NCBI GenBank assembly: GCA_030066215.1
Contig: JASJCA010000004.1
Coordinates: 1,762-65,761 of the forward strand
Source of the DNA: Rhodobacter sp.
GTDB taxonomy: Bacteria; Pseudomonadota; Alphaproteobacteria; Rhodobacterales; Rhodobacteraceae
Direction: 5' to 3'
DNA: 64,000 nt
Part shown: positions 8,467 through 16,816 of the stretch, piece after piece
Layout: the number at the start of each line of letters is the position of its first letter
Numbering within the stretch: the first letter of the stretch is position 1
Notes under the pieces: generated by a model
What the model was told of the DNA's origin: nothing
The model's database searches: none
What the model saw: only the letters and a program-made list of their open reading frames with translations
Program-made: the position numbers and the translations under genes

Positions 8467-8910
8467 ATGCGGATCACCAAACGGACGAACCTGGCGATGC
8501 GGGTCTTGATGTTCTGCGCGGTCAATGTCGGGCACAACGTCACCAAGGCGCAGATCGCCAAAGGCTGCAATTCGTCCGAGAACCATCTGGGCCACGTGGT
8601 CAATCAGCTCGGCCAGTTCGGCTATCTCACCACGATCCGCGGTCGCCGCGGCGGCCTGCGCCTGGCGCGGCCGGCCACCGAGATCTCGATCGGCGAGGTG
8701 TTCCGGAAATTCGAGGCCGACGTGCCGATCGCTGAGTGCTTCGCCGGCGCCGACAACACCTGCCCCCTGGCCCCGGTCTGCCGCTTGCGCGGCGAGATCC
8801 GCTGTGCCGTCGAAGCGTTCTACAGCCATCTCGACACCGTGATGCTGGACGAGCTGGTTGACGAGAACGAGGGTCTCTGCCGGCTGTTGGAGCAGGCCGA
8901 ACCGGCTTGA
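8467..8910 (+). CDS. nsrR: Rrf2-family transcriptional regulator, NsrR-like
   Basis: ORF 8308..8910(+) trimmed to ATG 8467. MRITKRTNLAMRVLMFCAV...SENHLGHVVNQLGQFGYLTTIRGRRGGLRLARPA. Three-Cys cluster region CFAGADNTCPLAPVCRL. The C-terminal LDELVDENEGLCRLL parallels E. coli NsrR LADLVEENQPLYKLL. Confidence 0.65.
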   Translation: MRITKRTNLAMRVLMFCAVNVGHNVTKAQIAKGCNSSENHLGHVVNQLGQFGYLTTIRGRRGGLRLARPATEISIGEVFRKFEADVPIAECFAGADNTCPLAPVCRLRGEIRCAVEAFYSHLDTVMLDELVDENEGLCRLLEQAEPA

Positions 8911-8987
8911 AGGGCGCGGGCGGTCGGGCGCGGCGTCACCTCTCGCATACCCTGGACTCGAACGAGCGTTGCCCGCATTGCGTTAAG

Positions 8988-9160
8988 CCGGGCCCATCGC
9001 CGACCCGCGGGGTGGCGATCCGACCTCCGATCGGCGGCACTTTATGGCTGTCGAGTCCGTAGGACCTCAAGCAATGCACTGGTGTCGAATGATCGCCACC
9101 CCTCCGGGGCGGGTTGGCGATGGGCACGGCGGGGCCGCGCCCCTTGAGTCCGTGCCCCAG
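8988..9160 (+). repeat. ~170-bp structured intergenic repeat, copy B
   Basis: See copy A. The left arm 8993-9019 is complementary to the right arm 9092-9124 (27 bp, one G.T, one 6-nt bulge). A terminal hairpin GGGCACGG...CCGTGCCC lies at 9122-9157. Located between the convergent 3' ends of the Rrf2 gene and the GT39 gene. Confidence 0.85.
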
Positions 9161-9213
9161 GCATCACGCAAATGCCGGCTCAAGGCACCCTCCGTCTCGG
9201 CGAACCGCCCCCC

Positions 9214-10665
9214 CTACGACCCAAAACACTCCGGCATCGCGACGAAAAGCGCCTGGGGGTGGCGGCGGTAGGCGCCGGTTTTGGGGGCGATGTCCCCGAC
9301 CGGGGCTGTGAGGTCCGGGCACGGGTTGCGATCAGAGGCGCGCAGGACCAAGAGCACCTCTTCGGTGCCTGGCCGGTAGGGGAAGCGCTGCGCATAGTGG
9401 TGCTGCGGCCGGCCCTTGGGCGGCACCGAAGCGACCACGACGTCCAGATCGCGCGCGGTGTAGAACAGGTCGGCCAGCACGTCGCGGTCGCCGGCCACGA
9501 TGGTCGTCAGCCCGCGCGCCTCGGCCGCCGCCAGGATCGCCTGGCTCATCTCGTCGCGCCCGATATACCGCTCCAACAGCGGCTGCCCGCGCCAGACCAG
9601 CGCCTCGGGCGCCACCGCCGCCAGCGGGAACAGCAGGCAGAGCGCGCCGTTCACCGCAAAGGACGCCGCCAGCCAGACCCGCCGCCGCAGCACCACCGCG
9701 ACCGCCAGAACCGTGCCGGCCAGGTAGGCCGAGGCCGCCCAGTTGGCGTAGGCCTGGCTCAACAGCGCCTGGACACAGACCGCCGCCAGGATCGGCAGCG
9801 AGAACATGAGCAAAAGCCGTCCCTCCGCCCCCGCCCGCCGCCACCGCAGCGCCGCCGACAGGAACGCCGCGAACAGGACGGGCCCGAGCACCGCAAACTG
9901 GCTCGCCACGAACGCCGTCAGCCCGCCGTAGTTCAGCCCAGCCCGCGCGCCGGGATCGCGCACCCAGTCGGCGTTGTCCAAGGTATGCTGCACCGTGGTC
10001 AGCCCGTTGGCGAGGTTCCAAATCAGGTTCGGCGATGCCACCGCCAGGAACCCGGCCAAGGCCAATCCGGCCGCCCTCCACCCCGGCCGGGCCGAGGGCA
10101 GCAGCAACCCCGCCAAGGCGGCTGAGATCAGGTAGTAGAGCGCGGCGTATTTCGACAGGAACGCCAGCCCCAATGCCGCGCCGGTCAGGACCGCAACCCA
10201 GGCCTCACCCCGCTCCAGCACTCGCAAATAGCCCAGGAGGGCGGCGGCCAGGAACGGAAACATCACCGTGTCGGTCGAGATCAGCAGGCTGCCCACCGCC
10301 ACCATCGGCAGCGTGACATAGCCAAGCGCCACCCAGAACGCCGCCTGCCGCGTCACCACCCGCGCCGCCACCGCGCCCAGGATCAGCGCCGACGCGGCGT
10401 GCAAAAGCGGCCCCGGCAGGCGGATCCAGAACGCTCCGTCGCCGCCAATCTCGGTGAAGAAGCGGATCACCCAGCCGATCATCGGCGGCTTCGAGTAATA
10501 CCCAAAGGCCAGCTCCTGCCCCCAAAGCCAGTACTGTGCCTCGTCGACGAAAAGGTCGGTCCGGTTGAACGCCAGCAGCACGACCCGCGCCGCCGTCACC
10601 GCCAGCACGGCCCAGGCGGCGGGCCACAGCCAGCCGCGCTCAACCGGCACGGCGGCGCTCGGCAT
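9214..10665 (-). CDS. ArnT-like / GT39 (PMT_2) family membrane glycosyltransferase
   Basis: ORF 9214..10665(-), 483 aa, polytopic. The N-terminal DEAQYWLWGQELAFGYYSKPPMIGW motif is typical of ArnT/PMT-type lipid-linked sugar transferases. Confidence 0.8.
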   Translation of the reverse strand: MPSAAVPVERGWLWPAAWAVLAVTAARVVLLAFNRTDLFVDEAQYWLWGQELAFGYYSKPPMIGWVIRFFTEIGGDGAFWIRLPGPLLHAASALILGAVAARVVTRQAAFWVALGYVTLPMVAVGSLLISTDTVMFPFLAAALLGYLRVLERGEAWVAVLTGAALGLAFLSKYAALYYLISAALAGLLLPSARPGWRAAGLALAGFLAVASPNLIWNLANGLTTVQHTLDNADWVRDPGARAGLNYGGLTAFVASQFAVLGPVLFAAFLSAALRWRRAGAEGRLLLMFSLPILAAVCVQALLSQAYANWAASAYLAGTVLAVAVVLRRRVWLAASFAVNGALCLLFPLAAVAPEALVWRGQPLLERYIGRDEMSQAILAAAEARGLTTIVAGDRDVLADLFYTARDLDVVVASVPPKGRPQHHYAQRFPYRPGTEEVLLVLRASDRNPCPDLTAPVGDIAPKTGAYRRHPQALFVAMPECFGS

Positions 10666-10948
10666 AGATCAGCCAGAGGTTCCGGGAATAGATGAATAGG
10701 CCCATCGACTGGCCCAGGATGAAGACCGGGTCCTTGCGATAGACCGCGTAGGTGAAGAGGATCAGCCCGCCGCCGATCGAGAAATACCAGAACGCCAGCG
10801 GAATGACCGACCGTTTCTCGCGCTCCGACACGATCCACTGCACCAGGAAGCGCGACATGAACAGCAGTTGCCCGCCGAGGCCGAAGGCGACCCACCAGAA
10901 CTCGGCCCAGCTTTGCACGTTGAGCCAGGCAAACAGCGTTTCGATCAT
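10640..10948 (-). CDS. lipid-A-biosynthesis N-terminal domain (LAB_N) small membrane protein
   Basis: ORF 10640..10948(-), 102 aa. The block GGQLLFMSRFLVQWIVSEREKRSVIPLAFWYFSIGGGLILFTYAVYRKDPVFILGQ matches the LAB_N pattern as I recall it. It overlaps both neighbours. Confidence 0.75.
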   Translation of the reverse strand: MIETLFAWLNVQSWAEFWWVAFGLGGQLLFMSRFLVQWIVSEREKRSVIPLAFWYFSIGGGLILFTYAVYRKDPVFILGQSMGLFIYSRNLWLIYAERRRAG

Positions 10949-11667
10949 CCGCCCGGCTCCTCGGCCTGCACCTTCTTGCGGCGCCGGATCAGCCAGGCGA
11001 CGCCGATCAGGTCGTAGAGCCCGACCCAGGCGCGCTGCAGGTTCGAGTAGTTCGACCGCCCGGCGTGGCGTTCGGCATGGGCGACGTCGACCAGCTTCAC
11101 CCGCCAGCCGTCGCGCTTGAAGAGCGCGGGCAGATAGCGGTGCATGTGGTCGAAATAGGGCAGCGCAAGGAAGGCGTCGCGGCGAAACCCCTTCAGTCCA
11201 CAGCCGGTGTCGCGGGTGCCGTCGCGCAAAAGCCGGCGGCGCAGCCAGTTGGCAAAGCGCGAGCCGAGCCGCTTGGACAGTGTGTCCTGTCGCCCGACCC
11301 GCTGCCCGGCCACCAGTCCCAAGCTGCCGGTGTCGTCGGCCAGAAGCGGGGCGTAGAGCTTGGGCAGTTCGGCGGGCGGGTTCTGGCCGTCGCCGTCGAG
11401 GGTACAGATGACTGGGCCCCTGGCCGCCAGCACGCCGCTATGCACAGCCGCACTTTGCCCGCCGGAGGTCGGGTGCCGGATCAGCCGCAGCGGGTGGGTC
11501 GCCGCCAGCGCCCCGACCGCCGCCGCAGTGCCGTCGGTCGAGCCGTCGTCGACCACGATGATCTCGTAGTCCGGCAGGGCGGCGCAGGCCTCGGCGATCC
11601 CGGCGATCAGCGGCGCGACGTTCCCGGCTTCGTTTCGCATCGGAATCACGATCGACAGCGATGTCAT
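10945..11667 (-). CDS. GT2 family polyprenyl-phosphate glycosyltransferase (ArnC/DPM1-like)
   Basis: ORF 10945..11679(-). The track start is GTG 11679; I prefer ATG 11667, 5 nt after GAGGA. MTSLSIVIPMRNEAGN...IIVVDDGSTDGT...LDGDGQNPP. Confidence 0.85.
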   Translation of the reverse strand: MTSLSIVIPMRNEAGNVAPLIAGIAEACAALPDYEIIVVDDGSTDGTAAAVGALAATHPLRLIRHPTSGGQSAAVHSGVLAARGPVICTLDGDGQNPPAELPKLYAPLLADDTGSLGLVAGQRVGRQDTLSKRLGSRFANWLRRRLLRDGTRDTGCGLKGFRRDAFLALPYFDHMHRYLPALFKRDGWRVKLVDVAHAERHAGRSNYSNLQRAWVGLYDLIGVAWLIRRRKKVQAEEPGG

Positions 11668-11870
11668 CGAGGTCCTCACCCCAGCCCGGGCCCACCCTGC
11701 GCACCGTGCGGCGGGTTAAACCCGATCACCCCGGCGATGTCCACCGCCGGCGCAGATGCTGCAGCGCAGAATGTTTCGCGCGCGAAACAATTTACCAATC
11801 TTGCCAGTCGGTTAAGAAACCGAGCGCTGACGGGGAGCAGGGCCACTCGCGTCGTCGATTTGGCGCGAAG

Positions 11871-12043
11871 CCGGGCCCATCGCCGACCCGCGGGGTGGCG
11901 AGCCGACGCTTGTTCGGCGGTGCTTTATGGTGGTCGAGTCCGTAGGGCATCGAGCGGTGTGTGAGTTTGGACAAATCGCCGCCCCACCCGGGCGGGTTGG
12001 CGATGGGCACGGCGGGGCTGCGCCCCTTGATCCCGTGCCCCAA
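11871..12043 (+). repeat. ~170-bp structured intergenic repeat, copy C
   Basis: The first 31 nt are identical to copy B and the last ~55 nt nearly identical. A ~28-nt central segment is unrelated. Located between the GT2 operon start and the iolB stop. Confidence 0.85.
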
Positions 12044-12064
12044 GCAAACCCTGCAACTTCTCCG

Positions 12065-12871
12065 TCACCCCAGATCGCGCTGAAAGATCCAGTCGTGGTC
12101 GGGGTGGTTCTTGAACCGCCATTTCCGCAAGGGCCCGGCCATGACGTTGAGATAGTACATGTCGTAGCCGTAGGGCGCGCCGCAGGGGTGGTGGCCTTTG
12201 GGCACCAGCACCACGTCGTGGTTCGAAACCGCCATGGTCGCGTCCAGGCTGCCGTCCTCGGTCCAGACCCGCTGAATCCCGAAGCCCTGGGCCGGGTTCA
12301 GCCGGTGATAGTAGGTCTCTTCGAGATAGGTCATGTTGGGGAAATCGTCTTCGTCGTGGCGGTGCGCGGGCCAAGACGACCAGTGGCCGGCGGGGGTGTA
12401 GACCTCGGTGACCAGCAGGCTGTCGGCCACGTCGCGGTTTTCCATCGCGATGTTGTGGAGGTAGCGGGTGTTGGTGCCCTTGCCGCGGTCCTCGAGCGCG
12501 ATGCCCGCCGGCCCGATCACCTGGGCTTCATGCCCGCCCCTGCCGGGCGCGGTGCAGACCGCCAGCGTCGCCGCGGTGGTGGCGGTCGCCGACCAGTCCG
12601 AGCCGTTCGGGACGTAGACGCAATGCGGCGGCGTGCGGTCGAACACGTCCATCCGGTCGCCGAGCTCGCCGAACGACGTCGCCCCGGCGCCGATCTCGGC
12701 CTTGCCCTCGACCAGGACCAGGATCGCCTCGGTGTCGCCGGTGGGCTCGGCCACGGTTTCGCCTGGCACCAGGCGATAGAGACCAAAGCCGACATAGCCC
12801 CAATTCGCCGTCGCCGGCGTGATGTCGTGCACCTTGCCGGTCTCTCCCGACGGCTTGCGCAAAAGGGTCAT
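12065..12871 (-). CDS. iolB: 5-deoxy-glucuronate isomerase IolB
   Basis: ORF 12065..13027(-) trimmed to ATG 12871, preceded by GGAGGGAGGAG. KduI/IolB cupin pattern ...WSSWPAHRHDEDDFPNMTYLEETYYHR...GHHPCGAPYGYDMYYLNVMAGP. Lies in the iol context. Confidence 0.88.
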   Translation of the reverse strand: MTLLRKPSGETGKVHDITPATANWGYVGFGLYRLVPGETVAEPTGDTEAILVLVEGKAEIGAGATSFGELGDRMDVFDRTPPHCVYVPNGSDWSATATTAATLAVCTAPGRGGHEAQVIGPAGIALEDRGKGTNTRYLHNIAMENRDVADSLLVTEVYTPAGHWSSWPAHRHDEDDFPNMTYLEETYYHRLNPAQGFGIQRVWTEDGSLDATMAVSNHDVVLVPKGHHPCGAPYGYDMYYLNVMAGPLRKWRFKNHPDHDWIFQRDLG

Positions 12872-13074
12872 GGCTCGTCTCCTCCCTCCGGGTCCCACAC
12901 GATGAAGAACTGATAGGCCAGATAAGCACCCGCGGCGCCGAAAACGATGGCCCAGAACACCGCACCCCGGCTCAGCTCGACCGCGGCCCAGGCCAGGCAC
13001 GCCGCCACGATCCCGAGCCGCAGCCAAAGCGGCTTCAGCAAGGGCGACTGGACGTCGAAGGGCCCGCGGCTCAT
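12868..13074 (-). CDS. small (68 aa) two-TM membrane protein, function unknown, embedded between iolD and iolB
   Basis: Within ORF 12868..13167(-), from ATG 13074: MSRGPFDVQSPLLKPLWLRLGIVAACLAWAAVELSRGAVFWAIVFGAAGAYLAYQFFIVWDPEGGDEP. ATGA overlaps at both ends (iolD stop 13071-13073; iolB start 12871). Two clear hydrophobic spans. Confidence 0.55.
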   Translation of the reverse strand: MSRGPFDVQSPLLKPLWLRLGIVAACLAWAAVELSRGAVFWAIVFGAAGAYLAYQFFIVWDPEGGDEP

Positions 13075-14900
13075 CGCCCGTTCCGCGCCTCCACCGCCGC
13101 CTCGTAGGCCCGGCGCGCCGCCTGTACCTCTTTGCGCTCGCTGACCTCGGGCACCGCGACCTCCCACCAGCTGCCGCCGGCCTCGGTCGACGGATAGGGA
13201 TCGGTGTCGATGACGACGACGAAGGGCCCGGCGGCCTCTTTCGCCTGGGTCAGGGCCGCCTCGAGTTCCGCGATGCTCGCAGCCTTCACCGCCTCGGCAC
13301 CGAGCGCCCGCGCATGGCCGACGAAATCGATGTGGCTGGGGGTCTCGTGCACCGCGGTGTCCAGGAGGTTGTTGAACTCCTCGCCGCCCGTCGCCAGTTG
13401 CAGCCGGTTGATGCAGCCGAAACCGCGGTTGTCGGTGACCACGATGGTGATCTTCAGCCCCATCATCGCCGCGGTGGCAAGCTCGGAGTTCATCATCAGA
13501 TAGGTGCCGTCGCCGGTGAAGCAGATCACGTCGCGGTCGGGCTCGGCGAGCTTGATCGCCAGCGCCCCGGCAATCTCGTAGCCCATGCAGCTATAACCGT
13601 ATTCCATGTGATACGACATCGGCCGCCCGGCCTTCCAGAGCTTGTGCAACTCGCCGGGCATCGTGCCCGCGGCGCACATCACCACCGTGTCCGGGCCCGC
13701 CGCCCGCTGCACCGCGCCGATCACCTGCATGTCGGTTGGCAAGGCGTTGCTGTCCTCCTCCGGCGCGGCGGTCAGCGGATCGACGGCGGCGAACCAGTCC
13801 GCCTTGACCGAGGCCGCGGGCGGCGTGGCGGTATAGCCGGTCAGCGCCGCGCCCAAGGCCTCGATCCCGCGCCTGGCGTCGCAGACAAGCGGCATCGCGC
13901 CGTGTTTCGTGGTGTCGTAGGCCTGCACGTTCAGCGAGATGAGACGGCGGTCCGGGTTTTGGAACAGGTCCCAGGACCCGGTGGTGAAGTCCTGAAACCG
14001 CGTCCCGACCCCGATCACCACATCCGCAGCGGCGCAGATCGAATTGGCCGACGACGCGCCCGTGACCCCGATGGGGCCGAGGTTCAGCGGATGGTCCCAC
14101 GGCAGCGAGGACTTGCCGGCCTGGGTCTCGACCACCGGGATTTGGTGGGCTTCGGCAAAGGCGACCAGATCGGCCTCGGCATCCGAGTAATGCACGCCGC
14201 CGCCGGCGATAATCACCGGCCGCGCGGCGCCCCGGATCGCCTCTGCCGCCTCTGCGACCTCGGCGTCGTCGGGGCGGATGCGGCGCATGCGCCAGACGTG
14301 CGGCTCGAAGAAAGACCGCGGGAAATCGTAGGCTTGGGCCTGGATGTCCTGGCAGAAGGCCAGCGTGACCGGCCCGCAGGTCGCCGGGTCGGTCATCATC
14401 GCCATCGCGCGGGGCAAGGCCGTCAACAGTTGTTCGGGCCGGGTGATGCGGTCGAAATAGCGCGACACCGGGCGGAAGCAGTCATTTGCGCTGATGGTGC
14501 CGTCCCCGAAGCTTTCGACCTGCTGCAGCACCGGATCGGGCCCGCGGGTGGCGAAGACGTCGCCGGGGACCAAGAGCACCGGCAGCCGGTTGACATGCGC
14601 CAGCGCCGCGGCGGTGACCATGTTCGTGGCGCCAGGCCCGATCGACGACGTCGCCATCATCGCGCGCTTGCGTTTGAGCTGCTTGGCATAGGCGATCGCG
14701 GCATGGGCCATGGCCTGCTCGTTGTGGCCGCGGTAGGTGGGCAGCCGCGCCTGCACGCCGTGCAGCGCCTCGCCCAGACCGGCGACATTGCCGTGGCCGA
14801 AGATCGCCCAGCAGCCGGCGATGAAAGTCTGGTGATCCTCGTTCATCTGGTTGGCCAGGTAGCGGACCATGGCCTGGGCGGCGGTCAGTCGGATGGTCAT
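13071..14900 (-). CDS. iolD: 3D-(3,5/4)-trihydroxycyclohexane-1,2-dione acylhydrolase IolD (ThDP enzyme)
   Basis: ORF 13071..15224(-) trimmed to ATG 14900 (ATGA overlap with the iolC stop). MTIRLTAAQAMVRYLANQ...GHNEQAMAHAAIAYAK...GDGTYLMMNSEL is a ThDP-binding fold in iol context. Confidence 0.88.
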   Translation of the reverse strand: MTIRLTAAQAMVRYLANQMNEDHQTFIAGCWAIFGHGNVAGLGEALHGVQARLPTYRGHNEQAMAHAAIAYAKQLKRKRAMMATSSIGPGATNMVTAAALAHVNRLPVLLVPGDVFATRGPDPVLQQVESFGDGTISANDCFRPVSRYFDRITRPEQLLTALPRAMAMMTDPATCGPVTLAFCQDIQAQAYDFPRSFFEPHVWRMRRIRPDDAEVAEAAEAIRGAARPVIIAGGGVHYSDAEADLVAFAEAHQIPVVETQAGKSSLPWDHPLNLGPIGVTGASSANSICAAADVVIGVGTRFQDFTTGSWDLFQNPDRRLISLNVQAYDTTKHGAMPLVCDARRGIEALGAALTGYTATPPAASVKADWFAAVDPLTAAPEEDSNALPTDMQVIGAVQRAAGPDTVVMCAAGTMPGELHKLWKAGRPMSYHMEYGYSCMGYEIAGALAIKLAEPDRDVICFTGDGTYLMMNSELATAAMMGLKITIVVTDNRGFGCINRLQLATGGEEFNNLLDTAVHETPSHIDFVGHARALGAEAVKAASIAELEAALTQAKEAAGPFVVVIDTDPYPSTEAGGSWWEVAVPEVSERKEVQAARRAYEAAVEARNGR

Positions 14901-16816
14901 GGGTTGGTCTCCTGCACATTGGCGCGTGCGGCGTCCCACACGCGGCAGAGGTCTTGAAATTTGGCGGCCATCTGGGCGATGGCCGCGTCGTCCTTGATCT
15001 CTCCGGCCAGCCAGGCGCGGGCGGTGGCGCCGAAGATGGTGCGGCCGACGGCGAAGCCCTTGACGAGGTCGTGGCGCGCGGCCAGGGCGAAGCTGGCGGC
15101 GAGCTCGTCCGCCGGGGCGTCGAGGCCCAGCACCACGATGCCGCGGGTGTGCGGGTCGTGGCGGGTGATCGCGGCGCAGGCCTTTGCCCAGGCGGTGTCG
15201 GTCTTGAAGGGCTCGAGCTTCCACCAGTCGGGGAAGACGCCGGCCTGATAAAACCGCTCGATCACCTGGGCCGTGGTGTCGTCACCGACCGCGCCGGCCT
15301 TGGACGGGATCACCTCGAGCAAAAACTCCAGCCGGTTCCGCCGCGCCGCGGTGAAAAGCCGGTGCACGGTCTCGATCTGCCGCGCCCAGAGCGCGGCGTC
15401 ATCGACCGGGTGCGCGAAGCACAGGCACTTGACCACCTGCTCCAGCGGCCATTCGTTCAAGCCCCCGCAATCGGGGCCCAGTTCCGGCTCCAGCTCCAGC
15501 GGCCGCGACCCCGGCCATTCGGTCGGCCGCCCGATCCAAAGCCCGGTGCCGGCCGCCTGGTAGAGCGCCTGCCGCCCGTGGCGCCGGTCGCAGAGCACGC
15601 CGTAGCCGGGCCGCCCGCCCGCGACCTGCAGTGCGGCCCTCAGGCAGAGCGTCTTGAAATGGCCGATATGCGGGTGGCTGACCCCGGCCGCGTCGCACAT
15701 CGCTTCAAGCTGGCTGCGGTGGTCGAAGGCGAAGACCCGAAGCTCGGGCCAGTCCCCGCGGCGCGTCGTGGCCCAGTGGATCTGTTCCAGCTCGGCATCC
15801 TTGCGCAGGGCGGGGGTCTTGACGCCGCGGTCGAGGAAGAACTGCAGCTCGTCCCAGGACGGGTAGGCCGGGGTGCAGCCGTGCCGCGACACCGCGAAGG
15901 CGCCGCAGGCATTGGCGTAGGTCAGCGCGGTGGGCCAATCCTGCCCAGTCAGCCAGCCCTTCAGGAGCCCCGACATGAACCCGTCGCCGGCGCCCAGGAC
16001 ATTGAACACCTCGATCGGAAAGCCCGGGCCCGACTGGCCGTCGTCGAGGCTGTCCGGGATGTCGTCGGTAAAGGCCGTCGCGCCCATCGGCCCGCGTTTG
16101 CAGACCAGCGTCGCGGCGCTGACCTGACGCACCGCGCGAAGCGCCGCGATGGTGTCGGTGGTGCCGCCGGCGATGTGGAACTCTTCCTCGGTGCCGACGA
16201 TCAGATCGAAGAGATGCAGCGTCGACTGCAGCTTCTCGGTGACCGTGTCGGAGGCAATGAACCGCTCCTCCCCCGCGCCGTGGCCGGCGAGCCCCCAGAG
16301 GTTCGGCCGATAGTCGATGTCGAGCGCCGTCTGCGCCCCACTCTCCCGCGCCAGCCGGAGTGCCTTCAGCACCGCCGCCTCGGTCCGCGGATGCGACAGA
16401 TGCGTGCCGGTCACAGTCACACACCCCGCACGGGCGATGAAGGCCGGGTCGATATCGTCCTCGCACAACGCCATATCGGCGCAGTCGGTGCGGACGAAGA
16501 TCAGCGGAAACTGTTCCTGGTCGCGGATGCCCAGAAGCACCAGCGCGGTCAGCCGTTTCGGGTCGGTGATCACGCAGGTCGTGTCGACGCCCTCGCGCTG
16601 CAATTCCTCGCGGATGAACCGGCCCATGTGCTCGTCGCCCACCCGGGTGATCAGCGCCGACTTGAGGCCCAGCCGCGCCGTCCCCGCTGCCATGTTCGTG
16701 GGCGAACCGCCGATGTATTTCTCGAACGACCCCATGTCTTCGAGCCGCCCGCCCACCTGCGCACCGTAAAGGTCCACCGAGGACCGCCCGATGGTGATCA
16801 GATCGAGATCCTTCAT
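14897..16816 (-). CDS. iolC: bifunctional 5-dehydro-2-deoxygluconokinase (IolC, PfkB) fused to a DUF2090 / IolJ-equivalent aldolase-like domain
   Basis: ORF 14897..16816(-), 639 aa. ATG 16816 follows GGAGG. N-terminal PfkB kinase (LDLITIGRSSVDLYG...NVLGAGDGFMSG), followed by a ~300-aa C-terminal domain of the type fused to IolC in alphaproteobacteria. Confidence 0.85.
   Translation of the reverse strand: MKDLDLITIGRSSVDLYGAQVGGRLEDMGSFEKYIGGSPTNMAAGTARLGLKSALITRVGDEHMGRFIREELQREGVDTTCVITDPKRLTALVLLGIRDQEQFPLIFVRTDCADMALCEDDIDPAFIARAGCVTVTGTHLSHPRTEAAVLKALRLARESGAQTALDIDYRPNLWGLAGHGAGEERFIASDTVTEKLQSTLHLFDLIVGTEEEFHIAGGTTDTIAALRAVRQVSAATLVCKRGPMGATAFTDDIPDSLDDGQSGPGFPIEVFNVLGAGDGFMSGLLKGWLTGQDWPTALTYANACGAFAVSRHGCTPAYPSWDELQFFLDRGVKTPALRKDAELEQIHWATTRRGDWPELRVFAFDHRSQLEAMCDAAGVSHPHIGHFKTLCLRAALQVAGGRPGYGVLCDRRHGRQALYQAAGTGLWIGRPTEWPGSRPLELEPELGPDCGGLNEWPLEQVVKCLCFAHPVDDAALWARQIETVHRLFTAARRNRLEFLLEVIPSKAGAVGDDTTAQVIERFYQAGVFPDWWKLEPFKTDTAWAKACAAITRHDPHTRGIVVLGLDAPADELAASFALAARHDLVKGFAVGRTIFGATARAWLAGEIKDDAAIAQMAAKFQDLCRVWDAARANVQETNP

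Noticed and set aside
9044-9271. Short ORFs with mutually similar peptides (…ATPPGRVGDGHGGAAPL…, …ATPRVGDGPG…) at 8163..8408, 8238.., 8936..9127, 9044..9271, 11792..12043 and 11927...
   Set aside because: The similarity comes from the repeated ~170-bp DNA element read in several frames and on both strands. There is no consistent frame, start or RBS, and the conserved parts coincide with inverted-repeat arms.
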